A program made the translations under genes and the position numbers. This document shows, in pieces, positions 36,484-50,827 of a stretch of 64,000 nucleotides of DNA. Under the pieces are notes generated by a model, which was not told the origin of the DNA, did no database searches, and saw only the letters and a list, made by a program, of their open reading frames with translations. Within the stretch, counting starts at the first letter, position 1, and each line of letters starts with the position of its first letter. The DNA is from Setoptus koraiensis (lineage: Eukaryota; Animalia; Arthropoda), in assembly GCA_048013815.1 (NCBI GenBank), contig CM106586.1, forward strand, positions 20,708,001-20,772,000. Direction: 5' to 3'.

Positions 36484-38575
36484 CCAAGTGTGCACGAGCA
36501 AAATGGTAAATAAGAGCGGGATTAGGATGAGAGGGGGGCGCCCTCAATTCGGTAATAATGCGCTTCAGTAATGATAATTTCCGACGTTGAATTTGAATTT
36601 AAGCGTCGCGTTGCGCGCGATTTAATTGTTTCGGCGGCCCGGCGACCAAAATGCGGCGCGCCTATGAATTGGGAAAATGCGCCCGCCAGGGGAAAATCTG
36701 TGAAGCAAAAGGAGCTGCCTCTATCGGCCTGCGCGGCCTCGATTGTCGTTCGTCGATTCTCGATTATCGTGCACCGATTCCCGCGCCCCAAATCTTCGAT
36801 TGTCGGGCCGCGAATCACGCGCCGCTCAAATGCCCCCCAATGTACAGCTCAAAATCTATCTGGCGCGCGCTATCCGCGCCGCCGTCCGACTGTCAGTGCT
36901 GTTGGCGCTGTTGTTGTGGCCGTGACAGGCCCGAAACAGGTGAGCAGTGGCAGTTGTTGTCGTTGTTGCTGTAATGGCGCAAGGTGTGCGAATTTTCGCG
37001 AAGAAATGGGGTTAATGGAGACTGCCGGTTAAATGCTGCTGCTGCTGTTGTGTTTGTTGGTTGGTCTAGCCGGCGAACGTGTCACGGGCACGACTGTTTG
37101 CGCCAATTGATCATTGCGCTCTTGGCGCTTGTTATAATATAAGAGTTGTTATGTAAGAATGTTTGTCTGCTCGCTTGTTTGTTTGTTGGTGGCGCGCCAG
37201 TCGATTTCAAAATGACACTGGCGAGCTTGCCAACTGGCAACTTTCAACGCTTCCTGTCGGGCTATCGGGCTCGGAAGTGCGCACCTGAGCGACCATCGAG
37301 TCGTCAAAGTTTTTCAGTCAAAGTGTTATTCAGTTGGCCGGGCTGCACGAGCGTCAGCTCACGATACGACGATATAAGACGAACGAATGGAGCCGGCTAT
37401 TGAATCGGATATTTCGCTCACAATGGAGGCTTACGTCACACACACGACCAGCTCGCGTCCAACGCTGTTGGCGTCGTCGTCGAGACACTTATTAAAAGGG
37501 CACCTGGAGAGGCCCTTCGCTCAGGTGATCGGGCCCCGATCGCTGGGGGACCCGCTCGGGCGCCGGTGATTATTTAGTGGTGCGCGTTGCTGTCGTTGTG
37601 ACGGTTGCGACTGACGCGACTGTTGCGATTGCTTCGGTTGGCGCGACTGTCGCTATTGCTTCGGTTGCGTCGATTGAATCGCCGCCGATCGCCTCTGTGT
37701 GTACGTCGATATGTGTGTCTATATACGGGTCTAGATAGGGTCTAGATCTGCGTCTTGTGTGTCCGTTTGTTTGTCTTGCTGTCTCTAATATCGGGGCCTC
37801 TTTTTCTATATTGCTGGCAGTTAACTTGCATTCGCGCACAGGCACTTGAGCACACACCGACGGTGTAGCGACCGGCGCACGATAAGAATTTAAAATGAGC
37901 TTCCAACTTTGACCGCTGCTTTTTTGCCGCCCCATGCGCGTGCAATTTATCGCTTGGCCGGAAACGGCGTTCGGGCACGTTCGGCCGGCACACAGTGCGA
38001 CGCGGGCCGGTGGCGGCCTGCCCGTGAAACCGTGCACCCGGCGAGCAATAAAATATTCAAATAAGTAGCTGTTGCTGCCGCAAATACGTTTGTTGTCAAT
38101 GTTTGTGTCCGCTATTGACTCTGTTATGTCCACTGGCGACTCACTGTGTCCACTACCGACTGTGATACTGGCGCAGTGTCCACTGCGCCCGCTATGTCAC
38201 TGCGCCCGCTATGTCACTGCAGACACTGCAGACACTGCAGAGACTGCGACACTGTGCACCGTTGCGTCGCTGCTGTTACCGGCTGGCCCTCTATCGACTG
38301 GCCAGCGTCAACTCGAAGCAGCAGCGTTGGCCAGCGACCATCATTGCATAACGGTTACACAATCATTACATAATCATTAGTTGTGCAACTATATTTTGTG
38401 TCGACACAAGCACTGTATAAATATACTCTATAAATACACTGTTAATACGTATGTGAGTGTATACAAGTGTAGATACAGTGTGTGCAGCAGCGGGCAGCAA
38501 GCTATTGCGCAATATTGGCCTTGGCGCACTTGTTGTGTGCACTTGTCGTCTCGCTGACCAACGTTGTTTGGCCAG

Positions 38576-38578
<3 letters not shown>

Positions 38579-38646
<68 letters not shown>
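38579..38646. repeat. (GT)34 microsatellite, the longest seen in the window
   Basis: Read directly. Confidence 0.96.
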
Positions 38647-38648
<2 letters not shown>

Positions 38649-39710
38649 ACTTTGAATCTCTGACGATCACACAAGCATGAAATGTTCACTTTATTATGAA
38701 GCTTGTATTTGTTTTGCTGGCCACACTGCAAGTATCAGCGAGCGTGTGTGCACTATTGTTTGTCCACTTGCAACATTGACACTTGCACCATTGACTGTGT
38801 GTTACGTTACGTCACGTCACGTTGCGTCACAATTGTTTGTGTTGTGTGTCTATGTTGTGTCTATGATGTCAACAAGGTAAACAGAGCGACCGGCGAGGGT
38901 CAATACACGTGCACAGGATCTATTGATGAGGCAACGATTTTGTGACAGCCCATTGGGGCGCTATTGATGCTGGCGTGCCGCGTTACGCAACAACGTACAC
39001 AATACAACAGCTTGTATTGTTGTGTAGTAGCAGCGGTGCGGTGAAATCTCGAATCTGTCAATGGTGAATATTTTGTTGTTGTTGTTGTTGTTGTCGTTGT
39101 CGTCGCTGTTGTTGTTGTTGCTGTTTCGGGTTTGTTGCTGTTGTCATTTTGCTGTTTGTGTCGATGCGCGCTATGCGTATTATCTGTTTAGACGGCGACA
39201 CCTATTGTTGTCGCCGTTAAAATCATTACGACGCTTATTGTTACCATGTGACTTTATGGAGCCTCTATGCGACTTTATGTGTGACTTGCGTTTAGTTGAG
39301 TTTACTCGAGTTTGGCGAGCTGCTCGGGGCCGACACACCTCGGCAGCTTGTTAGCGGGGGCTCGCTGGAGACGCGACGCGGGCCGACTTGGCAGGGGCGA
39401 GGGCGATGTCGCAATGAGGGGCCCAGTTGTGTCAATGTTTGCTTTTGCTCTCTTGTTTGCCTTGCTCTCTCTCTCTCTCTCTATCTTGCAGTCACACTTA
39501 TTCTTATTATTCGCCGTTATTATTCGACGTCGTCGGAACTGTTTTGTCGCTGGCAATAATCGAGACAACCTGAGCTGGTTGTCATTGTCGGTGTTGTCGG
39601 TGTTGTCGGTGTTGTCGTTGTCAGTGTTGTCGCTATCGTTGTTGTTGCTGCTGACGATGATGCAAGCTTATCAATTCAATCGCCACCTAATCCTCTCTGG
39701 CACAAATCAC

Positions 39711-39747
<37 letters not shown>

Positions 39748-40215
39748 GCGTGTTGCTCGGTTCCGAGTGCAGTGAGCAGACATTAAAGTAAAGTAAATGT
39801 AAAAGTAGCAGCCCAGCCAGAGCCAAAGCGAGAAAAGCAGAAGAGGGGGCCCCTTTGCTTCTTTATTACTCACACACAGTGTCTGTGCGAGTGGGGCCCA
39901 CAGAGACAGACAGACACTGGGGCCCATTACGGGGCCCCTAGTCCAATAACAATCCACGTGGTAGGCATGCGCAAAACAATGTTTACGTTTGTATCGCCCA
40001 CTGTCCAACTGTCTGTCTATATTATATGTATGTATATTATATATTTTATTATATAATAGATACACACACACGCACACACAGTAGACATGCAGTGGTGTAA
40101 GGTCGTCGTATATCGTGTCTATTTGTGTCCACCACACCGTCGGTGCATGTATGCAAGCGCATATATAGTGGCTTGTTTTCGCTCATCGGCTCAAATGGCT
40201 GACCGAATGGGGCCC

Positions 40216-40258
<43 letters not shown>

Positions 40259-40789
40259 CTGACTGGCAGCCTCACGGCCCCATCGCCGGCCATCAGTGGC
40301 AACAACTAACAATTGGCGCCACTGTAACCCAAGCTAACACTAAATGAGCTCGCCAGCGAACACCCAATGAGCGGCTAGCTTGCCAGCGAACAATGCTGCT
40401 GAATTTGGTGGCAACAAAAAGTGACAAAAAGCCACTGCTGCAAGTGCGGCCAAGCTGGCAAGACAGGCCCAACTCGCCAGCCTGTTAGTGGCTGAATTGG
40501 CGAGTCTAGCCGAAATGGCTAGACAATTCAAATCATCAAGTCGCTCGTTCGTTTGCAGACAATTGATTGAGATGGCGAGATAATGCAAACAAAACTCGCT
40601 ATGCAACAATCGCGACGCTCACATCTCTCACTGGGCCGCTGTTGGTGCCTAGCGGCGCCAACAATTGTCGTACCCTGACTGTATCGTCTGCGTATAGCGA
40701 TCACAGCGCCACTATATCTAAATATCTGTATATTTGGTGCGGTGGGCACGGTCGCTACAGTCGCCACGATCTTTATATTGGCTACGATC

Positions 40790-40885
40790 GCTATAGTTGC
40801 GATAGTCGCGAAAGTCGCGAAAGTCGCTATAGTCGCGATGGTCGCGAAAGTCGCTATAGTCGCGATGGTGGCTATAGTCGCGATC
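40790..40885. repeat. Degenerate 9-bp tandem array (GCTATAGTC/GCGAAAGTC/GCGATGGTC variants)
   Basis: Period-9 units; explains the ATIATI.. and ESRYSRD.. ORF shadows. Confidence 0.88.
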
Positions 40886-41878
40886 GTCACCGTATCGGTG
40901 CCGATCATAGCAAGCGGTGGCAAATAGCTGCAGATCGCGGGCAAGTGTTGGCATCAATTAAGATTGCCGCTCGCAACTTAAGCCGCCGCTGGCGGGCCCA
41001 TGCGGGGCAAGTGACTGATTAAATGGGTACGTGCCTTTTGGTGGCGCTGCTCGTGTTGTTGTTTGTGTCAACCATATAAGTCATGCAGATAACAACGGCG
41101 ACAACGCCAACAACGACAACAACAACGACAACAACAGCAACAGCAACAACGACACAATATGCCACACAATATCCAACAGACAGCGAGCGGGTAATTAAGC
41201 TTATTAGGCCAATATATTGCATTGCAAATATTAGTTACAGTTGCCAGTGTCTGACAGTGTCTAAATAAGCAGCAGTGACGCGGTTGCGCAACATGATCAT
41301 TTTGACAAACGTTATTACGTAAGTATCTGGCTGCTTGCAGTGGCGGGCAGCCTGTTTAGTTAATACTGAATTACAGTACACAGCCCAATACAGTATGTAT
41401 TAGTGTATTCTAGAATTACGCAATACTGCACAGTATTGCACACAATTCTCGATTAATACAGTTGCAGTGGCCAAATACCGTAACCGTGTAGCCAACATTG
41501 CGATGCCATCGCGCTGGCGTGTGTCACGCGCTAGATTGTTTTTCCATGTTTTCTATTACTTTTCTATTACGCTGCTCGCTGCTTGTGCCCACTTGGCCCC
41601 CGTGCCCCGCTGCCAGTTGAGTAATTGCATCATAATAAACATCATGTTACATAACAATTGACAATTGTAAATGTGCCTATAAACTACTTAATAAAGCTAT
41701 CAATTGGCCCATGTCGCACGACGCTCGCTACAGGCGCTTCGATAGCGTGCGACCTTGTTGCAGTTGCTGTTGTTGTTGCTGTTGTTGTTGCTGTTGTTGT
41801 TGCTGTTGTTATTGTTGCTGGCGCCAGTGCCCCAATGCTAGCGGGTCCCATCGTCGCCCGAATCAACCACGGGGCCCC

Positions 41879-41926
41879 AAATTGAACGCGCCCGCAAATT
41901 GAACGCGCCCGCAAATTGAACGCGCC
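41879..41926. repeat. 17-bp tandem repeat AAATTGAACGCGCCCGC x~3
   Basis: Two full copies and one partial copy. Confidence 0.93.
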
Positions 41927-44900
41927 GGCCATCCGATGCCGGCTAGCTGTTGCTCATCGCTGCGAACCTTTTTTGGCAGGTATGTCGGGCGTGGGGCCCG
42001 TGTCGTTATTGCGCAACATGGTGATATGGTCGTGATTGGCGACACTTTTTTGGGTTGAGTCACCACCGAGTGAGCGCCAGCATGGCCAAAGGGCACAGGT
42101 GAGCCGCACAGATTGCACAAGTCCATGTCGACCCGGTTCGGCCGGCAGGTGGCAGTTTGCTGACCCGTATAAATGTCGCGCGATGCACAAGTGCACAAAA
42201 CAATGCCAGTGATCAGGTGTATCCTGGCCGGCTCGGCGAATTTTGCGAAATTTCGGCCAGCGCCCCAACCGGAATCCGTTAGCCCGATCAGATAGCGACC
42301 GAGACGGTGTCCGGCCAGCAGCATGGGACTGAGAGGCGCCCGGCAGCCATCGGCAGCAGTCGTTGGCCGTGCGACGGGATAGAGCCGCGTTGCCGCTGAC
42401 TCGCCAGGGCGAGTGCTGTTGTTTGCTCGCCCAATCGAGATCGGCCGCTCAGATCATCTGAGTTAGATGGGGCCCCGTTGTCGGCCAGGCCAACAACGAA
42501 CCCGCTGCCGATCGGGCGCGACCGCTCAATCGGACAATTGGACAACGCGCTCGTCCACAACTTGTGAACCAGAGACGGGCCTTTGTTTGGGGCCCAGACG
42601 AGCCGATTGATATTGTCAGATTGGTGCTGTCTGGCCCAGATAAGAACTGCTTGACTGCTCAACTGGGTCCAGCTCGCCCAGTTCGTTCGCTTGTTTTGGC
42701 TGTTTTAGCCGGTTATGTTCACGAGCCACATACACAGGGAGAGAGAGAGAGATAAATTTGCCGCTGTTTATTGTTTCCCAACAATCAGCAGAGCATCGAT
42801 TTTACGTGACGCAATGATCAAGACGCCCCAAGGCGCCTCAAGCGAATCGATGGGCCGTCACAGTGACAGCGTCCACATCAATATCCGAGATATCCGGATA
42901 ATCGATCGAAATCTATCTATTGCTGTGCGTGCTCGAATCGCCTGGATTCAGCCTGGCCGTGTCCGACATTATTATTATTATTATTATTATCCGGCCATTA
43001 TCCATGGATATCCATGTAAGCTGGATAAGCATGGATTGGCCGCCCGACTGTGCGGCCAAAGAGCAGGCACCGAAGCGCACTAATTCGAAGCGGCATAAAC
43101 TCAGCTGATCTCAGCAAAATCTTATGCAAAATAACACCTATTCACCTGACCACTGTGAGTCACTCTCACGGGGATTCTGGCGCTTCCTCAATACATCAAT
43201 TCAGCAGCCAACAATTGATACCGGCGGCAATAAACCGCCGAGAGGGGGCCAATCTGGTGCGTTCAAAGAGTGCACAGGTCATTGTCGACGCCATCTCGCG
43301 GCGGATTCCGGACGAACATCCGCCTCTCTGACAAGCCTCCTGTGATAGGGCTGCCCATTCAAAATTGAGCTGGCACATAATCGGACATGGTTTCGTTTGT
43401 TGGCGGATATGCGTATGGATATCGAGGTGTCGAGGTGAATATCCCACGGTGCCAGTCGTTTTCAGTGGGCCCACTGCCGGATATCCGTGTATGGATAAAA
43501 TGGCATCTCAAATCGATATTCAGCGCGCGCGCGCGCGCGTGAGGTGCGCATAAACATATGCAAATAATAGAAATAAAAAAATAAATCTCGAATGTGTTTG
43601 CCGAGCTGCCATATCGACGATCCGACGGGCACACTCAAGCGAATAATTTCATCGCGACGCCGACAGAGGCTCAACTGAAACGGCAAAACGGCAAAGGGGC
43701 AAAACGGCAGAGGGGCAAAACGGCAAGAGAGCAAAACAGCGGGGCCCAGCTCGGGACGCTCGCAGTGGCAGGCGGGGGCCCCAAGCTCGATTTAGCCGGA
43801 GAGTGTTAAGTTGGCTGGCACAAATAATGAGCAAGTGGCAAGTGGATGGGCCCGTTTTCGAGCCATTTAGTTTAGTGTCGCCAATGATTAAATGGGCGAC
43901 AGTGCTCAAGGCGGGCTCATATTCACACACCAACGGTCTAACTGCGCCACCTAACTACCTAATGTCGCCTGGCGCGAGTAATTTTATTTGTCTGGCGCCT
44001 AGACAAATAAATTGTCGGCTGCTATTTCAGGTCGGCGATATATCATGATATGTTGGCCTGGCAACGAGTTTATCAGTCACTTTCTCGGTCCCCTTTCGCG
44101 CCGGCCAGAGAAAGTCGCTTGTCGTTGGTTGCGGCTCGTTGTCGGTTGTTGCCGGCTGTCGGTGGTTGCCGGCTGTCTGTTTAGTCGCTTGTCGGTGGTT
44201 GCTGGCTGTCGGTTTAGTCGGTTGTTGTCGGTTGTTGCCGGCTGTTGTCGGCTGCCGCTGCGCCGGGCGAGGGCGGGCGGCCGCGCCGCGCCGAGCGACA
44301 AAACAATGGTGCGCCGGCGGCCAGTAACAATCTCGAATGGTTGGGGCCGCTGATAAATGGGGCCAAGTTTATTGTGCGCGCGCCAGTTGTCGTAATCGGG
44401 CAACTCGCCTGATTGTGCCGAGAGATTGTCACACACAAAAACACAAACAGACAGACACACACACACACACACACACACACACAACCAGCGACGCGGGCCA
44501 AATCAAATCTGCTGCTATTTTGGGGCCCCTGTCGCTGTGTGGGCCGAGCGCGAGCTTGCACGAGCGCGGGCCCCCGCAAACTGGCGGCGCTAACAAGCGC
44601 GGCTGGTTGTCGCGCACCGCAAACTGGGCGCAGCAATCCATCTCGCCGCTCGCCTCTTGCCAGCCAGCCGGCCAGCCAATGGCCAGTTGGCAAGCCAGCC
44701 CGTTATCCAGTTGGCCGGTTGGCCGATTGGCCGTCTCACCTGGGGAACCTGGGGAACCTCGGCGCGCGCTAAATGGGTCGGAACGGCGACATTTGAATTG
44801 AGCGACCGGCGGGCCCCAGTGGCAACAACGAGAAACTGTGGTCGCGTTTGGCTCGCTTCGCAAACAAAAGCGGCTTGGGTGAACAGGTGAGCCGGCCACC

Positions 44901-45237
44901 AGCAAACAGCGACGATTCTCTGGCAAGCCAGCCAATAAAAGGAGGCTGGCAATTTGGCCGCCGTTCACAGGCGACATTCACTTATCCACTTGGCGCGCAA
45001 CTCGACCTGATATGCTGGCCAGCGAGTTGGCCGGCGCTCAGACGCTCAATGGCCCCCAGTGAGGCCGCTAGCCGGTCAGCCAACCCAATGTGGTCAGCCG
45101 ACAGGGCGGTCCCACAGCGACCAACGATGCGACGGCAACGGCAACGGCAATCCGCTCGCCGGTGCTCAAGTCGCTGCCAGCCAACTATCCCGATATGTTC
45201 GTTTCGTCTAATGTCTTGGTGGCGCTTGTGGGCGCGT

Positions 45238-45277
45238 ATATGCCAAGATATGCCAAGATATGCCAAGATATGCCAAG
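45238..45277. repeat. 10-bp tandem repeat ATATGCCAAG x4
   Basis: Read directly. Confidence 0.95.
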
Positions 45278-45500
45278 TGTATGTTGCCAGTGGCAACCAT
45301 ATCCAGCGCCGGGCCCGTTGTTGTGCGGTCCAAGCACTGACTCGCGCGACAACTCAAGCATATATCACGCAACTCTGGCAAGACAAACACAGAGACAACA
45401 ATAATTAGAGCGGGGCCCCATCCCTAAATGTGCGCACCACATACATAATAATGATCATTTTTCTTCTTATCTCTCTGGAAATATCTTGTAATCTTCTCAA

Positions 45501-45580
45501 TGGCTCGATGGCTCGATGGCTCGATGGCTCGATGGCTCGATGGCTCGATGGCTCGATGGCTCACTGGCTCACTGGCTCAG
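45501..45580. repeat. 8-bp tandem repeat: TGGCTCGA x7, then TGGCTCAC x2 and TGGCTCAG
   Basis: Ten units, with the variants clustered at the right end. Confidence 0.95.
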
Positions 45581-46920
45581 CGAATCGATGGATCGATGGC
45601 TCACTCGCTCAATGGATCGATGGCTCGTCTCGGAGGGCTTATTCGCCCGATGGAGCGAGCGGCCTCTAATGAACGCAAGCGTTTGCTCCGGCCCACCGAC
45701 GAGGCCCCATCACCAATCGTCGACGCTCACTGGCGAGCTTCTCAAAGGCGCGCTCGGAACGAACAACAAAAAACTTTGGCGCGCATTCTCGCCAACAACA
45801 CGCTGCATCTGTACATTTATCTGTATATATAGATCAGCACAAAACAGCCAGATGAATATGGATGGGGCCCGTTTATGGATGGGGCCCGTTTATGGCTGCC
45901 CACGGACTGATTTGCTTGCTCTGCGGGCTGCGGACTGTGGGCTGCGGGCCCCACCAATCGAGCGGAGAGCAAATTTGCGCTGGACGACGAGCATCGATAT
46001 CGAGTGTGTGTGTGTGTTTGTGTGTGTCATTGAGTAATTGCGACAACATGGGCGCCCGTCAGTTGATTACCAGCAACGACAGACACGCCAGGCACCACTG
46101 AGAGGTGAGGGCCCCCGGGGCACCGGTTACTAGGCAGGCCGGCAGGCCGGCAGGCAAGTTGTGGCGAGCTACGCGATCGTCGACCGGCGCGCCCGTCGAC
46201 CGTCGGGCGCCGTGCGGCGGCGCCGGCCGGTGGCCGGTGGCCCCCAATCGGCGGCTAATGAAGTTGACAAGTTGGCCCGAGAGTTGCAACTCACTGATTA
46301 TATATTGTATATTGCATGTTATATAATATATAACATACATAATATGGCTCGTCGCACTGTGCGAGAAACTCTTTAGCCGAGTTTATATTGCGCCGCCTGT
46401 GGCGCTGTTTGCTTTGTTTGCTGCATCGGTGTCTCGGCAAAGATTGAGCGAACTCACTCACACTTGGTAAAATTTTAAATTTACATGGGCCCCCATTTGG
46501 CCCCAATGCACCGCTACTATGCGCACAACAGCGCCAACAACAACAGCAGCAGCGACAACAACAACGACGGCAACAACAGCACTAGCTAGAACAAGCACGG
46601 GATGGGGTGACGCAACAGCGGGCCCAAACAAAGGATAAAGGGGTGTGTTGCCGGAAGTGCTGCTGTTGGCGCGGCCGGTGCTTCTGCCGGGCGAAGGACA
46701 ACTATGATTAATGATGATCACAGCCGAGATAAGCCGGCCCGGCCCGGCCCGGCCAGCATCATCACGCGAGAGCGCAACACTTGTTGTCTGCCGACTCAAC
46801 GCATGCTCACCTGGCGCTGTTTGCCCCGAAAACCACTTGGTCTTGGCGATGGTCGATCATGCGCCCACCATAATAGACTCGTTGGCCCGCCGGGATCCTT
46901 CTAGACGTTAGCCAGGCGCT

Positions 46921-47000
46921 CGGATAAACAGGGCGCGCGGATAAACGGGGCACGCGGATAAACGGGGCGCGCGGATAAACGGGGAGCGCGGATAAACGGG
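46921..47000. repeat. 17-bp tandem repeat CGGATAAACGGGGCGCG x~4.7
   Basis: Each copy has 0-2 substitutions in the 3' half; no unique spacers. Confidence 0.93.
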
Positions 47001-47401
47001 CAAACACAAACTTAGAGCCATAGTGGCGGTAATGATGCTGCATTGTTGCACTGCGGAGAGTCAAGTATGAAACTGTCGGCCATATATTAGCAATATTGAA
47101 TATTGAGCCGCCGAGCCGGCTCATTGGCTACCCGTCTGGGCCCTCTCCGGCAAGACGGACCCCGCGACCAGGCGAGAGGCAAAATAACCGCGCTGGGTGG
47201 CGCGCGTTTATTTTGCTATCAGTGTGGGCATCATCAGCATGGACCGCATCGGTTTATAAAAGAGCTTCATCGTGCTTGGTTGCAATTTAAAGCGACCCAG
47301 AGCCGTTTGTTGTTGTGTGTCGGCAGCAATCGATTTCGACGGGGCCCGCTCTCGGGGGCCAATCGCCAATGGAAATGGAACGGCAAGACGGAGATATCGT
47401 C

Positions 47402-47459
47402 AGATATACTCACACATAGATATACTCACACATAGATATACTCATACATAGATATACTC
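47402..47459. repeat. 16-bp tandem repeat AGATATACTCACACAT x~3.6
   Basis: Read directly. Confidence 0.93.
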
Positions 47460-48067
47460 GGATATACTGTATATTTAGACAGGGCGACTTGCGAGGGAAT
47501 TATTTGGTTGTCCAAATATACGCCAGAGGCCCGACACAACGTGCGCGCCGTCTGGCGTTGCGTATATTTGCGTACGTTTCGTTGCCGTAATCTGCACGCG
47601 CACACCCGCACACAAGTGGCGCTATTTGGCCCGGGGCCCCAGTTCGTTGGCCGCAGCGCGTGTCACGTTCACTTTGTGCAGTCACATCTGACTCGGCCGC
47701 TCGGGCCATCGCGGGGCCCCCCAAGCCTGAGCACGGGCTCAGGTGGCGCGCTCGCTGGTGCCGTAACTGCAACTGGGGCTCGCATAACGCGACTCGTACG
47801 ATGCGGCTCGCATTATCCGTATTATCCGAGTCGCATTGTGTCCTCCGGCGTGTGCTCCGGCAAAACGGGGGCCAGAGTTCGTGTCGACGTTGTGTGTTAC
47901 ACGCACACGCACGCACGCACGCACATATTGTCGTGATAACTGTGCTCGTATTTGCGCAGCGGCGTATGTGCGAATGATGCGAGTTGACAATATTTCGTAT
48001 ATAAATACATAAATAAATTTTGTGTGTATCCATTTAAAGTATCACTGTGCATATACTGTGCAGTGCA

Positions 48068-48092
48068 TAGGCCGCCTATCATAGGCGGCCTA
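48068..48092. repeat. Inverted repeat: 12-bp arms, 1-nt spacer
   Basis: TAGGCCGCCTAT-c-ATAGGCGGCCTA. Confidence 0.93.
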
Positions 48093-49454
48093 CACGTGAG
48101 TATTCGCTGACAACAGATTGACGGGCCCCCCAAAAAGAGCATGACGACAATGCAAACAATTCAATCGCGAATCGCCACTCGCCAGCAGAATATCTCTGCA
48201 TTATCTGGCAACTGTTTCACGCCTGCACACACAGTGTCATGGTGGCCAATGAACACAATACTATTTTGGCGCATATTATATAATATTTAGCATAAATGTG
48301 ATTGCTTGTATGTCGTCTTGTTATGGTGGCGCACGTCGCAGGCCAACTCACACACTGAGGCATACACATGAGCCATATGAACACAAACAGCGCAACATTG
48401 GCCCCCGAGCATTCAAATGAGGCTCGCCAGTCGACGGTGTTGTCATTAGTGTTGGCTCGTGGGCCCACTGGCTCGAAATGGGGCCACTACGACATTATGG
48501 ATGGACATGGTTATATCAAGGCGGCGAAAAGTCACACACAAGCGATTATAACATAAGTTTGTTGACGTCACCAGCGCAGCCCGACTCAAGACTCTTGAGT
48601 CAAGACGCCAGAATATTTTAGCCGCCAATGCTCACAGACATACACTCTAACTGCTGTATGATACAGCAGCAATTGATAATAACAATAATAATAATCTCGC
48701 ACTTTAACCACAAAGGAGCCCCTTCGAGCCGCACTCGTGGCGTGGGCCCGCGCGCAGCCCGTTAGACCGGCAGTGTTAGTTAGCTAGGCAGCCTAACTTA
48801 GGCTGCAGTGGCTCGGCTCGCTCGGCTCGCCGGGGCCTCAGCCGGGCCTCAAACACAGGCCAGTTGAGCAGCACATCGGGCTCGCAATTGTGCGATTGCA
48901 AGCCCAATGTGCCCAAGTGTTGCGCTGCTGAACGGCCCCGAATGAATTACGGGCTGAGCAGCGCGAGAATTAATTCAAACAGTGCGACCATCGCGACGGC
49001 CGGCGAGCTTGCTACTGGGGCCCTGGTGGGAACTGTAGCCCAACTGCGAGGCCGCTTGTCCCGTGTGCTGCTGAATTCTGTTCTGTAGCGGGCGAGCTTG
49101 GCAATCAAAAGCGACCTAAGCGATCGCAGCAGCTGAGCCGACGGTTGGGCCCATTCAAATGGCACCCACAAGACGCTGCGGCCAGGTATTGGCTGCAGCG
49201 TGGCCGTGGGGCCGATGCGATGGGGCCAGCGGGAGAGTGCCGGTCGGCGTGCCTCGTACCCAATCAATTCTCTGTCGCTCTGTTGCTCTTTTATTGAATG
49301 TTCCGTTGGCTCACAAGTGGCCAACTGTGTGTCCGAAACTGTGGGCCCCACTTTCAAAGCTGACCCCAATGGGCAACAGCTTATCAGCGGTGGCGCTGTG
49401 ATAAGCCGATGTGCTGTGATTTGCGCAACACACAAATATTCTTTTACGGCCTAA

Positions 49455-49527
49455 TAGTATGAGGCCTCATACTATGAGGCTCATAGTGTGAGGCTCATAG
49501 TGTGAGGCTCATAGTGTGAGGCTCATA
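49455..49527. repeat. 20-bp perfect palindrome followed by 14-bp tandem repeat TGAGGCTCATAGTG x~3.8
   Basis: TAGTATGAGG|CCTCATACTA (49455-49474), then units starting at 49475, 49489, 49503 and 49517. Confidence 0.93.
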
Positions 49528-50741
49528 CCAGCAAGCGAGTCTGTTGAACGCACCAGCGACAGTCGGGGGATATACTTTCAATTTGGGATATAATTTCAGT
49601 AATAATACGTACGTGTCAAGAGGCGCTTTAGGTTTGAGTGGTGCCAACTAGCAGCGAAACGGGGCCCCAGCAACTGACTGTGTGTATTTTGGCCAAAGTC
49701 GCATTAGTTGTATGACGAGCTCGTGGTGGTTGAATTATGTGAACAATTACGTGACCGGCGCGGCAACGTTGCAGCGACCGTGACAGATATAAGACGATAA
49801 GTGAGGCACCGCTACAAATGACAATCACAGCTCTTTAATTTTATCTCTTTATATAATATTGCCGGGTTGTGTTTAAACCTGGCCCGGCAGCGGTCTGAAT
49901 TGCGACTCGTAATACGAATACGTTAATTCGAGCGCGCTTGAAAGAGGGCGCTTCATCTTGTTTATCGCCCACTGTTATCGCTGGCCGCCGACCGTCGTAT
50001 CGTGCGCGCGACTGTCCAGTGCCGCTAATCCAGTGGGCGAATTCCCGCCTGGGCCCGGAAAAATGAGTCGAGCGGGCCTCAGTTTTCACAGGTGCCCCAA
50101 ATGGACTGACCCCCCTGCTCCAATGGCAGCGGATAATTATAATTGAGCCGGCCCCAGCTACACAAACGCACCATTTGTTGTGGCTCGACGGCGAGCGGCC
50201 CCAAAAGTCGCTCGCAAAGGTTGTTTGCATGCGCGCAGGGGGGCCCCGCGAACACGATGCTGGCCCTGTTGGAGTTGCGCGGCACGGGCCTTATTTAATT
50301 CTGTAACTTTTAAACGCGCCGGTTACTTGATACCGGCCCCATCGGCTAATGGCGGCCGGGCACTGGAGCTTGCATGACAGGCCAGCATAGATCTTCGCTC
50401 TTGACCCTGCAACACTGACTCTGTAATGCCGCTCGACGGGGCCGCTGTTGGCCATCGTCGGTATCACAGAGTCGGTATTGCGGAGCCCGCCCGAACTGGA
50501 GCGGCCCGGCCGAGAGAATTAGCGGCCGCTGCGGCGGCGGCGGCGGATAAGTTTGAGCGAAAACTAGTTAGATCGCTGTCAAAACATCAATTTGTTTATC
50601 GTGCTGGCGAACACAAACAATGAATGCAACGGCTGGCCGCTTGGCTGCCTGGCCGCATCAATCATTACTCGGCTGGGCCGCACGCCGGCGCTGGCGAGCA
50701 GCCACCATGGCGCCACTCGGGCCAATTCGCATTCGAATTTC

Positions 50742-50827
50742 GAATTTCGAAATGGTGAATTCGAATGCGAATTTCGAAATGGTGAACTCGAATGCGAATT
50801 TCGAAATGGTGAACTCGAATGCGAATT
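50742..50827. repeat. 27-bp tandem repeat GAATTTCGAAATGGTGAA(T/C)TCGAATGC x3
   Basis: Three near-identical copies plus a partial. Confidence 0.95.

Noticed and set aside
46921-47000. CRISPR-like appearance of this and other regular arrays (50742, 58822)
   Set aside because: The units are directly adjacent with no unique spacers, there are no cas genes, and the context is eukaryotic.
50742-50827. Heat-shock element array
   Set aside because: GAA/TTC blocks are spaced 0-1 nt rather than the 2 nt required; only one TTCnnGAA occurs, at the right edge.
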